Notes under the pieces: generated by a model
Databases searched by the model: none
Told to the model about the DNA's origin: nothing
What the model saw: the letters and a program-made list of their open reading frames with translations, nothing else
Made by a program: the position numbers and the translations under genes
Part shown: positions 10,901 to 23,480 of the stretch, in pieces
How the letters are laid out: the number at the start of each line of letters is the position of its first letter
Numbering within the stretch: position 1 is the stretch's first letter
Assembly: GCA_951406725.2 (NCBI GenBank)
Contig: OX597830.1
Coordinates: forward strand, 10,788,001 to 10,852,000
Reading direction: 5' to 3'
Origin: Octopus vulgaris
Lineage: Eukaryota
DNA length: 64,000 bases

Positions 10901-11092
10901 GCAGATAAGTGGGGTGGATATCAAAATGTAAGCAAACAATATATGCAATGAAAGTTAATTAAAGCTAACATCAACATGCCAAATATCTGTTCCAAGTGGA
11001 ATATGCAAGTCTTTAGACAAAGAGACAGAAAAAAGAAGGAAACCCATGTACATGCATGTGTAAATATACACACACACACACACATACATATA

Positions 11093-11123
<31 letters not shown>

Positions 11124-11625
11124 TTATGTGTGTGTGTGTGTGTGTATATGTTTCCTTCTTCAGAAATATATATATTTAAAATGAAAGAAATAACAAAAGG
11201 AAGAGAAGAACAGTCAACACGGCTGACAAGCCAACAATGAAGAAAGCTAGGGATTCAGAAATAATAAACAAAAGCCGGCTCTATTTTAGACATACTCGAA
11301 AACAATGCATATTTTTCAAAGAGTGAGCATAGAACGAAATTAACTCTATTCAGAAAAGTGTTATTCTGTGTAGATTGCACTGAGATCCATCATCTTTAAC
11401 GATTGATGTTGTTTTTAAACCTGCATGGATTTAGTAAGACAGAAAGAACCAAAAAAAAATAAAATAAAAAAAAAAATATGAAGGCTATTTACATTTATGG
11501 TTTTTTTTTTGTTGCTATTTTGTTGTTGTTGTTATTTCTGTTCCTTTTGCGTGTTTCTTTGTATTTCAGGGGTAAATATGTGTACGTGAGTGTGTGTGTG
11601 CATATGTGTGTGTATATATATGTAT

Positions 11626-11665
<40 letters not shown>

Positions 11666-12209
11666 GTATATATACATATATGTACATATATATATATGTA
11701 TATATATATATATACATACATATACGTGTGTGTGTGTATATCAATATATATGTGTGTTTATATATGTGTGTGTGTGTGTGTACTTATATATTAATTAAAA
11801 GTATTTTTGACAAAAATGACATTTTTTCTTCAAAGCATAAAAGACCACCATCATACATGCATGCACACACTCACACATGCACACACACACTCACACACAC
11901 ACACACACACAGAGTCACACATGTGGTATATAGGTGCAAACACGCCATATAGGCGCAGGTATCATTGTATGGTAAGAATCTTGATTCCCTACCAGAAGGT
12001 TCCAGGTTCATTCCCACAGTATGGCACCTTCGGCAGGCATCTTCTGTTCTAGCAATGTGAGTAGATCTGGTGGACTTGTTTAAGGGTCCTTGATTTCTTG
12101 GTTTATGTTGGTTTTGTTGTATATATTGTACACCATACATTGATATTGCATGGTTGTCCTTTGTAGGGTTTCTGGTCCTGTTAAGGGCAATACTTGTTTA
12201 AGAGTTTCC

Positions 12210-12346
12210 AGTTCGTTGGTTGGTTCGTTGGTTGGTTTGGTTGGTTGGTTGGTTGGATGGATAGATAGATGAGTGGGTGGGTAGTTGGGTAGGTAGGTAC
12301 ATAGACAAAGAAACAAACTAAGATAGATAGATGGACGGATGGACAG

Positions 12347-12384
<38 letters not shown>

Positions 12385-12391
12385 ATAGATA

Positions 12392-12442
<51 letters not shown>

Positions 12443-12625
12443 AGATAGATAGATAGATAGACAGGCAGATAGACAAATAGACAGATAGAATAACAGATAG
12501 ACAGATAGAATAACAGATAGACAGATAGATAGACAGATAGACACAGACAGACAGGCAGACAGACAGACAGATAGACAGACAGGCAGATAGATCGATAGAC
12601 AGACAGACAAACAGACAGATACATG
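12210..12625. repeat. Compound tetranucleotide microsatellites (GGTT, GATA, GATT, GACA)
   Basis: Seen directly. Confidence 0.9.
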
Positions 12626-12893
12626 TACGTCTATGTGTGTTGTGTGGGTGTGTATGTGTGTTTCTGTCAGCTTGCCTTCATGTCAACATCATACAGAGTC
12701 CTTCGTTTCCATTTTTCTCTAAAAACACACAATGGCCTTCCACACTGTTTCTACCAAATTCTATCAAATCCAATCACAAGGCTTCGGTTAGGCTAGGGCT
12801 TCAGTAGAAGACACTTGTTCAAGGTGTCATGCAGTGGGTCTGAACCTGAAACCACAAGCTCGCAAAGCGATCTTCTATACAGCACAGCCATAC

Positions 12894-13105
12894 CTATTTC
12901 TTTACTACCCACAAGGGGCTAAACACAGAGGGGACAAACAAGGACAGAGAGACGGATTAAGTTGATTAGATTGACCCCAGTGCGTAACTGGTACTTAATT
13001 TATTGACCCCGAAAGGATGAAATGCAAAGTCGACCTCAGCGGAATTTGAACTCAGAACGTAACGGCAGACGAAATACGGCTAACGATTCTGCCAACTCGC
13101 CACCT
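12894..13105 (-). mobile_element. SINE family B
   Basis: Reverse complement of the 859-1077 family. Confidence 0.8.
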
Positions 13106-13453
13106 TTACCGCACAGCCGTACCTTCACCTAAATCAATATAAAACATATCAAAGGGGTGCCCCAGCATGGCCACAGTTTAACAACTGAAACATGGGCAAC
13201 ATGTGAAAGAGCATACACAGTATGTACGCTCTTTCTGCACAAATTCCATGCAAGAGGAGGACTGAAGCAAAACGATGATGATGATGATGATGGTGGTGGT
13301 GGTAGTGGTGGTGGTGGTGGTGGTGGTAGTGGTGGTGATGATGATGATAATAAAGAAATGCAGACAACAAACTGAATGAACAGTATGTTTGAAAAGATAA
13401 GCCCTCAAGTCTTATCAGATATATCAGATTTAAGAAAACCCTGGTTTACTCAC

Positions 13454-13530
13454 TTATCTGATACCAACCCAATTGGCGTTGGTGCAAAATGGGATTTTGC
13501 TTTTCTAGCAATTTTCTTTAGATTTGTCAT
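13454..13530 (-). CDS. Candidate first coding exon of an unidentified host gene (MTNLKKIARKAKSHFAPTPIGLVSD-)
   Basis: Unique sequence; acceptor AATTTTTCAG before 13650; ATG at 13530 with an upstream in-frame stop; strong donor AA|GTGAGT at 13454/13453 (phase 2). Confidence 0.5.
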
Positions 13531-13716
13531 GACTCCACCCGTGAGATTCCAAACAATCTCTTTGGGTTTTGATAATGTTTTGCAACAACAAGTGTCTCTC
13601 TCACATCAACAATTACATCAATTTTTATTGTCCATAAAAAATCGCTAAAACTGAAAAATTACATATAAATAAACACTTTTTAATAATCTAACTGTACTAA
13701 CTAGCCACAACAATAC

Positions 13717-13749
<33 letters not shown>

Positions 13750-13766
13750 GATTATTATTATTATTA

Positions 13767-14162
13767 AGGTGACAAGCTGGCAGAAACGTTAGTACACCTG
13801 GCGAAATGCTTAGCAGTATTTCGTCTGCTGTTACGTTCTGAGTTCAAATTCCGTCGAGGTCGACTTTGCCTTTCATCCTTTCGGGGTCAGTTAAATAAGT
13901 ACCAGTTACACACTGGGGTCGATATAATTGACTTAATCCCTTTGTCTGTCCTTGTTTGTCCACTCTATGTTTAGCTCCTTGTGGGTAGTAAAGAAATAGG
14001 TATTTTGTCTGCCGTTACATTCTGAGTTCTAACTGCGCCGAGGTCGACTTTGTCTTCCATCCTTTCAGGGCTAATAAGTTAAGTACCAGTGAAACACTGG
14101 GGTTGATGTAATCAACTAGTCCCCATCCCACGAATTTCAGGCCTTATGCCTTCAGTAGAAAA
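13767..14162 (+). mobile_element. SINE family B, dimeric
   Basis: Two consecutive TTCTGAGTTC...GTCGACTTTG...AAGTACCAG cores; (ATT)n flanks. Confidence 0.8.
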
Positions 14163-14169
14163 TTATTAG

Positions 14170-14200
<31 letters not shown>

Positions 14201-14202
<2 letters not shown>

Positions 14203-14754
14203 GACTGAGAGAGCAGTGCATGCCATCAAAGTGACACTGGGGTAAAATATACAAAGCAGAGTATACCCATCATGACTACCCGTCTGATAAGGGTACACCC
14301 GGCACATGCATCACAACCATATGTGCGCGACATAGTGATCTCATATCAAGATAAATAGCACATGACCTTGCAGGTGGAGCCCAGTTAGAATTTTCTTCAG
14401 GTCGAGTAACCCATCCTACTCAAAAGGTCCCTGAATAAGGGTTGCTTAAGGATGTTGAACAAAACACCCATGTTTCTAGAGGTGAATTATTCAAACCCCA
14501 AAGAATCCCTCTCAACACATGGCTATGATGCTCCCCCACTACTTCTGCTTGTGATCAGAGATGCACATATCGTCAGCCACCAAGGGACATGCTCAATTAC
14601 TTAAGGTCAAACAACTGACAAGCAAATTTGTTGTACTGAGCAGAATATTTGCTGTAGCTCATCTTTTATACCAAAACAAAACAATATACATGATAACACT
14701 TTCGATCAATTAAGATCAGAAACCATGAGAGCCACTGTCTGGTACTGCATCAGG
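14201..14754 (-). mobile_element. About 550-bp retroposon inserted in (TAA)n (Dong/R4-like targeting)
   Basis: Near-identical to 17806-18360; 3' end GCACTGCTCTCTCA..CAATAATAAT; (TAA)n on both sides. Confidence 0.7.
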
Positions 14755-14778
14755 ATTATTATTCTTATTCTTCTTATC

Positions 14779-14825
<47 letters not shown>

Positions 14826-14829
14826 CACT

Positions 14830-15245
14830 AAGCAAGCTAGTAAAATCATTATCATGCCAGACAAAATACTTAGCAGTATTTTGTCTGCTACTGCGTTCTG
14901 TGTTCAAATTCTGCCGAGGTCGACTTTGCCCTTCATCCTTTCTGGGTCGATAAATTAAGTATGAGTTGCATACTGGGGTCGATGTAATCAACTTAATCCC
15001 GTGCCCAAAATTCGAAGCCTTGTGCTTCCACCAGGAAGGATCATCGTTATTATTGTTAAGGTGATGAGCTGGTAGAATCTTTAGTGCAACAAACAAAATG
15101 CTTAGTAGAATTTTGTCTGCCTTTACACTCTGAGTTCAAACACCACAGAAGTTTTTGCCGTTGAGGGCCAATGAAATAAGTACCAGTTGAGCACTGGGTG
15201 CAATCTACTTGAGTAGCCCTCTGACCAACAAAAATTTCAGCCCTG
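14830..15245 (+). mobile_element. SINE family B, two degenerate copies
   Basis: Core motifs at about 14900-14960 and 15130-15190. Confidence 0.7.
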
Positions 15246-15352
15246 AGAGCTATGAATGAAATTTCCAAAAATCACTGGTATGGGCTGTGATGCTAGTTTG
15301 AGATAAACCCCACAAGCATAGAGATACTCTTAGCCAAGCTTGTCTGAGATAT

Positions 15353-15508
15353 AGGAGTGGCTGTGTGGTAAGTAGCTTGCTTACCAACCACATGGTTCCA
15401 GGTTCAGTCCCACTGCATGGCACCTTGGGCAAGTGTCTTCTACTATAGTCATGGGCCGACCAAAGCCTTGTAAGTGGATTTGGCAGATAGAAACTGAAAG
15501 ACGCCTTG

Positions 15509-15553
<45 letters not shown>

Positions 15554-15579
15554 CTTGTATGTATATATATATATATATG

Positions 15580-15624
<45 letters not shown>

Positions 15625-15835
15625 TTGTGTGTGTCTGTGTTTGTCCCCCCAACATCATCTGACAACCGATGCTGGTGTGTTTGCATCCCTGTAACTTAGC
15701 AGTTTGGCAAAGAGACCAATAGAATAAGTACTGGGCTTACAAAAGAATATGTCTTGGGGTCGATTTGCTCGACTAAAAGCAGTGCTCCAGTATGGCTGCA
15801 GTCAAATGACTGAAACAAGTAAAAGAGTAAAAGAG
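15353..15835 (+). mobile_element. SINE family A
   Basis: Full head, internal (TA)n, tail. Confidence 0.9.
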
Positions 15836-16304
15836 AGGAATGAAACCATTCTGTATGCATTATAGAAATTTCTGTACTGTCTCCTTTCAGTTTCTTTCTT
15901 CCCATTTATTTAATTTCAATATATATATATATATCTCACACATTATCAAACCTATGGTGTCCCATACTAGACAGTTAATGCAAGGGAGGTAATCATTTCT
16001 TCATAGTATTTGGTGGGATTGGAAATTTCAGTTTAAAATTAAGGAACAAGGAAAACATTGCTTTGTAAATACATTTTTCATTGCTTACTTATAACAAAGT
16101 TCTCAAAATTTCTAGTCAACAGTCATCTATAACACTCTTGTCACTTGCCCTTATGGCAAATAAAAGAAATTATCATCATCATCATCATCATTGTTATCAT
16201 CATTAGGGTTGTTATGAAGTGGTACATTTAATATTCAAAGATAACTTGACCTTTCACCTCTCAGTTAAATAAAAATGTCCATCCAATTGGTTATATTTAC
16301 TTTG

Positions 16305-16540
16305 AATGTCAGATTAGCAGAATGTAAGACAAACAGAACATTAGGCAAAAAGAATGTCAAACAAACAGAATGTCAGATTAACAGAATGTCAGATAAGCAA
16401 GATGTCAGACCAAATGAATGTCATTAGCAGAATGTCAGATGGGCAGAATGTCAGACTAACAGAATATAAGACAGACAGAATGTAAGGCAAACAGAACATC
16501 AGACAAAAAACAGAATGTCAGATTAGTTCAATGACAGAAT
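16305..16540. repeat. About 17-bp minisatellite (CAGAATGTCAGAYWARR)
   Basis: About 13 degenerate units containing GAATGTCAGA. Confidence 0.8.
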
Positions 16541-16567
16541 AACAATGACAGATAATATATTTTACAT

Positions 16568-16885
16568 GATGGTGGTGGTGGTGGTGGTGGTTGTGGAAGG
16601 GTGAGGAGTCTGGTTAATGGTAGTGACAGGGGCAGTAGTGATTGCGTTGTTAATGGTGGTGCTATGACACTGGTAGTGATGGCAATGGTGGTAGTTTGAC
16701 TGTAGTAGTGATAGGGGTGGTGGTGGTGGTAGTAGTAGTGGTGGTGCTGGTGCTGGTAGTGATGGTGGTGGTAGTGGTAGTGGTGGTAGTGGTAGTAGTA
16801 GCGGTGGTGGTGCTTGTGGGGGTGATAGTAGTGGTAGTGGTGGTGGTGCTGGTGCTGGTGGTAGTAGTAGTAGTGGTGCTGGTGC

Positions 16886-16921
<36 letters not shown>

Positions 16922-17075
16922 GTGGTGGTGCTGGTGGTAGTAGTAGTAGTGGTGGTGGTGGTGTTGGTGCTGGTGGTGGTGCTGGTGGTAGTAGTAGTAG
17001 TAGTCGTCGTCGTAGTAGTAGTAGTAGTAGTGGTGGTGGTGGTGTTGGTGCTGGTGTGTGGTGCTGGTGTAGTAG

Positions 17076-17112
<37 letters not shown>

Positions 17113-17560
17113 AGTGGTGGTGGTGGTGTTGGTGCTGGTGGTGGTGCTGGCGGTAGTAGTAGTAGTAGTGGTGCTGGTGGTAGTAGTAGTGGTGGTGGTG
17201 CTGGTGGTAGTAGTAGTAGTAGTGGTGCTGGTGCTGGTAGTAGTGGTGGTGGTGGTGGTGGTGGTAGTAGTAGTGGTGGTGGTGGTGGTGGTGGTAGTAG
17301 TGGTGGTGGTGGTGGTGGTGGTGGTGGTGACAGTTAGTGGTAGTGTGGGTGAAGATGTTATAGTTGTGGTGGTGATATTGGTGATGTTAGTGGTAGAGTT
17401 CGTTATGATGGTAGTGGTTGTGGCGTTCAGATTAGAGGTGGTTGAAGTGGTAATGGTTGTGGTGATGATGGCATAGTTAGGAATCATGGTGGTGGAAGTG
17501 GCGGTGAGGACGATCATGATGATGATCACCAGCATGATGGCATGATGGTGGTGATGATGA
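16568..17560. repeat. (GGT/AGT/GCT)n trinucleotide low-complexity tract
   Basis: Source of the poly-T/V/G ORFs. Confidence 0.9.
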
Positions 17561-17564
17561 GGAT

Positions 17565-17765
17565 AGTTACTGGCAGAATCATTAGCATGCCAGGCAAAAT
17601 AATTAGCACCACTTCGTCCACCTTTACTTTCTGAGTTCAAATTCTGCCGAGGTCAACTTTGCTTTTTAACCTTTCCGGGACAATAAAATACCTACCAGAT
17701 GAGCCACAGGGGTTGATGTAATCAAGCTGCCCCACCTTGAAAATTTCAGGCCTTGTTGTGAAAGG

Positions 17766-17766
<1 letters not shown>
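17565..17766 (+). mobile_element. SINE family B (diverged)
   Basis: CTGGCAGAATCATTAGCATGCC...TTCTGAGTTCAAATTCTGCCGAGGTC. Confidence 0.7.
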
Positions 17767-17805
<39 letters not shown>

Positions 17806-17807
<2 letters not shown>

Positions 17808-18360
17808 GAGTGAGAGAGCAGTGCATGCAATCAAAGTGACACTGGGGTAAAATATACGAAGCCCAGTATACCCATCATGGCTACCCGTCTGATAAGGGTA
17901 CACCAGGCACATGCATCACAACCATATATGCGTGACATGGTGATCTCATATCAAGATTAACAGTGCATGAACTTGCAGGTGGGACCCAGTTAGAATTTTC
18001 TTCTGGTTGAGTAACCCATCCTGCTCAAAGGTCCCTGAATAAGGGTTGCTTAAGGTTGTTGAACGAAACACCCATTTTTCCAGAGGTGAATTATCCAAGC
18101 CCCAAAGAATCCCTCTCAACACATGGCTTTGATGCTCCCCCACTACTTCTGCTCATGATCAGAGATGCACATATCATCAGCCACCAAACAGTATGCTCAA
18201 CTGGTTACGGTCAAACAACTGACAAGCAAATCTGTGGTATTGAGCAGAATATTTGCTGTAGCCCATCTTTTATACCAAGACAAAACAATGTACATGATAA
18301 CACTTCCAATCAGTTAAGATCAGAAGCCATGAGAGCCACTGCCTGGTACTGCATCAGGGC
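17806..18360 (-). mobile_element. About 550-bp (TAA)n-associated retroposon, second copy
   Basis: Same termini as 14201-14754; flanked by (ATT)n. Confidence 0.7.
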
Positions 18361-18396
<36 letters not shown>

Positions 18397-18404
18397 CATT
18401 ATTA

Positions 18405-18456
<52 letters not shown>

Positions 18457-18560
18457 CATTATTATTATTATTATTATTATCATTATTATTATTATCACCA
18501 TTATTATTATAATCATTATTATCATTATTATTATTATCATTATTATAATTATTATTATTG

Positions 18561-18603
<43 letters not shown>

Positions 18604-18697
18604 CATTATTATTATAATTATTATTATCATTATTATTATTAACATTATTATCATCATCATCATCATCATCATTATTATTATTATTATTATTATTATT
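18361..18697. repeat. (ATT)n/(ATC)n microsatellite
   Basis: Seen directly. Confidence 0.95.
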
Positions 18698-18914
18698 CTG
18701 TACATTGTTGCTTAGCACTAAAGTACCTTCGTCTACAGATGAAAGTCTGCCCCACTTTACCCCATTTCTACCACAGCATCCATCAAACAGTTTCTGCTTA
18801 ACAATAGTTGAAGTTTGTTTTGGCCTCTTTTAATTTTTTTTTTTTTTTTGGCAGAACATAGAAGCAAGAATAAAGTTTATTTTTCTTGGAGATTTAACAA
18901 TCTACTTTTGTAAA

Positions 18915-19250
18915 TTATTATCATTACTACTGCTACTACTACTACAACTACTACTATTACTACTACTATTACAACTGCTACTACTACAACTACTACTACT
19001 ACTACTACTACTTCTACTACTACTACTACTACTTCTATTGCTGCTCCAACTACTACAACTGTTACAACTGCTACTACTACAACTACTACTATTACTACTG
19101 CTACTATTACTACAACTGCTACTACTACTACTACAACTACTACTATTACTACTACTACTATTGCTACTACTAGTACTACTACTACTATTGCTGCTGCTGC
19201 TACTGCTACTACAACTACTACAACTATTACTACTACTACAACTACTACTA
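18915..19250. repeat. (ACT)n microsatellite
   Basis: Seen directly. Confidence 0.95.
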
Positions 19251-19515
19251 AAAAATAATAATCATAATAACGTTTCAAATGTTTCCACAAGGCCAGCAAT
19301 TCGGGGGGAGGGGTAAGTCGATTACATGGATTCTATTGAGAGGTAGGGAACAGCAAGTTTAGGTGGGAGGTGAGTAGTTAATTCCATCAACCCCCTCCCC
19401 CAGGGATCGGTTCTTACATGGCTTTATCAACACCGAAAAGAATGAAAGGCAAAGTCAACCTTGCTTGAACATACATTTAGAATGTGCCACTAAACAGCTC
19501 ATCTGATATGCTAAC

Positions 19516-19554
<39 letters not shown>

Positions 19555-19555
<1 letters not shown>

Positions 19556-20077
19556 TTTTCTCCTCTAGGTACAAGGCCTGAAATATTTGTGGGGAGAGAG
19601 CCAGTCAATTAAATCAACCCCATTACACAACTGGTTCTTAATTTATTGACCCTGAAAGGAAGAAAGACAAAAGTTGACCGTGGCAGAATTTGAACTCAAA
19701 ACATAAAGACAGATGAAATACCGCTAAGCATTTCACCCGGTGTGTTAACGTTTCTTATTTCTTTATTGCCCACAAGGGGTTAAACATTGGGAGGGGGGCA
19801 AACAAGGACAGACAAAGGTATTAAGTCGAATACATCGACCCCAGTACGCAACTGTTACTTAATTTATCGACCCGGAAAGGATGAAAGGCAAAGTTGACCG
19901 TGGCAGAATTTGAACTCAGAACGTAACAGCAGATGAAATACCGCTGAGCATTTCGCCTGGCGTGCTAAGAATTCTGCTAGCTCACTGCCTTCTTTTACAA
20001 GAATATTCTTTTCTAGTGTAGGCACAAGGCCTGAAATATTTGGGGGAGGGGGCTAACGTTTATACCAGCTTGCCACC

Positions 20078-20124
<47 letters not shown>

Positions 20125-20342
20125 CTTTTCGACTCTAGGCACAAGGCCCAAAATTTTTGGGGACGGGGGTAGGGCAGTTGGTTATATCAACCCTAGTATA
20201 CAACTGCTACTTAATTTATCGACTCCGAAAGGATGAAAAGCAAAGTCAACCTCGCCTGGATTTGAACTCAGAACATAAAGACAGACGAAATACTGCTAAG
20301 CATTTTCCCCAGCATGCTAACGATTCTGCCAGCTCACTGCCT
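19555..20342 (-). mobile_element. Cluster of 3-4 SINE family B copies
   Basis: Repeated AAGGCCTGAAA...GAAAGGATGAAAGGCAAAGT...TTTGAACTCAGAAC blocks with (AAT)n tails. Confidence 0.8.
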
Positions 20343-20849
20343 GGCTGAAGCAGAAATATTGTTACAGCCAATATTCCATTCAATATCACACATCTGCTAG
20401 ACCATAGCCACTTGGGCATGTCCCTTGGTGGCTGACAATATGTGCATCTCTGACCATAAGCAGGAATAGTGGATGGGGTGGGGGCATCATAGCCATGTGT
20501 CAAGGGGGATTCTTCGAGATTTGAATAAATGTAACAAAAGCAAAATTTGCAGGAAATATTAGCCATTTTCCAGACTTTCTAGGAACAAGCAAATTGGAAA
20601 GAACAGTTGGTATTCAAGGACATAAATACTGTTACACTGTGTAATTTCTAATTTTCTTGTTAACTTCTATCATCATATTCATATCAGTATACAAACGTGT
20701 GTGTGTATGCATGCATGTGGGAGCGTGCACACTTGGGTGCATGTGTGCGTTGTTTTCCTTTATGGTACAAAAACACATACATTTCTCAATGCAATCATCT
20801 GCAAGAAATGTATAGGGTACGATAATACACACACACACGCATATATATA

Positions 20850-21363
20850 TCTATATATCTATATATATAAAACTCTAGTTGTGTGAGTGTCTGTCCCCTT
20901 CGATTTAGATTCCTAACTCCTCCCACATTTTGCGGTGCAGTTTAACCAAATTCGGGTATCTTATAGTCGTGATTCATATCGAGCCTGTCTGACTATTAGC
21001 GCGCGTCAACGATGAGTCTATGATTTTAAAAATAATTTAACATCATTTTTTATTCCATTTTAATGCATAAAATGCATCGTATGTCGATGGCGGCGGAGTT
21101 GGCGTCCACGCTCACAGCTGCACCTGTTTGCTTCTCCCCCTTCCCTCCCTCGTGAAGCTGTGGGGAAGGGAGTGTAAAGAAATCAACGTCGTAATGCGTT
21201 GTGAAGGAAACCAGCGTTCTTTTAGAACAACGACTTCATGGCTTGAAGACACCAAAACAAAAATGGCTAAGAAAGCCCGAATTTATAAGGGAAGTAACTC
21301 TCTAAAAATGCTTATATAGTTAATACCCTTACAAACCCGAGCAACGCCGGGCGATACTGCTAG
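20850..21363 (+). mobile_element. Non-autonomous Helitron
   Basis: 5' TCTATATAT..AAAACT; 3' CCCGAGCAACGCCGGGCGATACTGCTAG|T. Confidence 0.85.
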
Positions 21364-21364
21364 T

Positions 21365-21660
21365 TATGTATAAAACTAAAGTTGTGTGTCTGTCTCCTAC
21401 GATTTAGATTCCAAACTACTCCCACATTTTGCGGTGCAGTTTAACCAAAACCGTGTATCTTATAGTCGTGATTCATATCGAGCCCTTCTGGGTATTAACA
21501 TGCGTCTACAATGAGTCTATGATTTTAAAAAAATTTACCATCATTTTTCCGCATTTTTAATGCATTTTTTGCTCGGTTTATATAAGGGAAGTAACTATAT
21601 AAAAATGTTTATATAGATATTTCCCTTACAAACCTGAGCAACGCCGGGCGATACTGCTAG
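21365..21660 (+). mobile_element. Non-autonomous Helitron, shorter tandem relative
   Basis: Same 5' block (CGATTTAGATTCC..TCCCACATTTTGCGGTGCAG) and the same 3' hairpin plus CTAG|T. Confidence 0.85.
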
Positions 21661-21835
21661 TGTATATATATATATATATATATATACAATAAAAGCAATT
21701 AAGATTCAAGTCAATTCCAATGAATTTACTTGAATATGGTACTTAACTTAGATGCACCAGAAAACTATATGGTGTCAACCATACAGTAATGTGGGGTGAT
21801 TATAAACGAGAAAGAAGCAACAAGAATGGATTAGT

Positions 21836-21926
21836 TTTTAGTACAATTGTTTCATACAAAGACAGGCTTTATTAAAAGTTGCAAAAATTGCAGCAGATAA
21901 AAGTGTCCCGTACTCATCAGCTAAAA
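21836..21926 (-). ncRNA. Type I hammerhead ribozyme
   Basis: RC: TTTTAG-CTGATGA-GTAC...GTAT-GAAAC-AATT-GT-A-CTAAAA. Confidence 0.8.
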
Positions 21927-22232
21927 TACATATGAGTTCTCCAAACATCTTAGTGGGTGAGGCTATACTCATGAAGTATTGGGGATAATTTCATTAAAAG
22001 CAGATTTAGGTTGTAAACAGATTTCCGAAGTTCCTTAATGATGATGCACAGTCTTATCACAGGTTTTTAAAAAATGATGATAAGACTGTGATAAACCTGT
22101 GATAAGACTGTGCATCATCATTAAGGAACTTCGGAAATCTGTTTACAACCTAAATCTGCTTTTAATGAAATTATCCCCAATACTTCATGAGTATAGCCTC
22201 ACCCACTAAGATGTTTGGAGAACTCATATGTA

Positions 22233-22323
22233 TTTTAGCTGATGAGTACTGGACACTTTTATCTGCTGCAATTTTTGCAACTTTTAATAAAGCCTGTTTT
22301 TGTATGAAACAATTGTACTAAAA
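22233..22323 (+). ncRNA. Type I hammerhead ribozyme
   Basis: TTTTAG-CTGATGA-GTAC...GTAT-GAAAC-AATT-GT-A-CTAAAA; 6-bp stem I, palindromic stem III. Confidence 0.8.
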
Positions 22324-22351
22324 ACTAATCCATTCTTGTTGCTTCTTTCTC

Positions 22352-22387
<36 letters not shown>

Positions 22388-22388
<1 letters not shown>

Positions 22389-22916
22389 GGTGCTTCCCAA
22401 CCACATGGTTCTGGGTTCAGTCCCACTGTGCGGCACCTTGGCCAAGTGTCTTCTACTATTGCCTCAGGCTGACCAAAGCTTTGTGAATGGATTTATTAGA
22501 TGGAAACTGGAAGAAGCCCATCGGCACCTTGGGCAAGTGTCTTCTACTATAGCCTTGGGCCAACCAGAGCCATGTGAGTAGATTTGCTAGATGGAAACTA
22601 AAAGATGCCCATCATATATATATGCGTATATATTTATATATTTCGTATGTATTTGTGTCTCTGTGTGTTTGACCCACCACCAGCTCCATTGCTTGGTGTG
22701 TTTACATCCCTGTAAATTAGCAGTTTGGCAAAAGAGACCGATAGAATAAGTACTAGGCTTGCAAAGAATAAGTCCTGGGGTCGATTTGTTCGACTGAAAG
22801 GCGATGCTACAGCATGGCCACAGTCAAATGACCGAAACAAGTAAAAGAATAAAACAACATATGTGTATATTTGTGTGTGTGTGTGTGTGTGTATATGTCT
22901 GTGTGAGAGAGAGAGA

Positions 22917-22954
<38 letters not shown>

Positions 22955-23160
22955 ATGTGTGTGTGAGTGTGTGTTTGTCTCCCTGCCATCGCTTGATAAC
23001 CGATACTGGTAAGTTTGTCCCCATAACATAGAGGTTCGGCAAAAGTGACTGATAGAATAAGTACTAGGCTTATAACAAACTAGTCCTGGGATCGATTTCT
23101 GCAACTAATAACCATTAAGGTGAGATGCTCCAGCCTAGCCACAGTCAAAGGAGTGAAGGC
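22388..23160 (+). mobile_element. SINE family A with duplicated head and duplicated 3' half
   Basis: GGCACCTTGG..AAGTGTCTTCTACTAT occurs twice (22432, 22523); second 3' half at 22975-23160. Confidence 0.8.
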
Positions 23161-23480
23161 TCCCCCCTGTAATTGACCTTATGGTCAACAGTACTCACCA
23201 TTGGAGTAGAAGATTAAGGACAAAAATCTAAATCCGCTGATGATTATCGTCAGCCAATTATCAGGGTTCCTTAGATGACAAATTTAAGGCTGGATGTGTA
23301 ATCCTGTTCGGAGGATGTATGACGAACACATACATATGAATACACACATACACACACATACACACATACACACGCCAATAGTATTACTTTTGATATACAC
23401 AAACATACTAACTTGAAGCACAAACACAAGCGAGAAGACAGATACATGATAAATATAAACGCATACATAGAATAAGTACA

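Larger units (their letters stand above)
21687..22353. mobile_element. HHR-bearing fold-back element between (TA)n tracts
   Basis: Arms 21806-22066 and 22093-22353 (261 bp) are almost perfect reverse complements. Confidence 0.9.

Noticed and set aside
11297-11420. Minus-strand exon candidate (CATGCAG acceptor, GTATGT donor)
   Set aside because: Stops in all three frames before the donor; the phase matching the 13454 donor closes after 8 codons.
16528-17640. 370-aa Thr-rich mucin-like ORF
   Set aside because: Starts inside a SINE and consists of trinucleotide repeats open in several frames.
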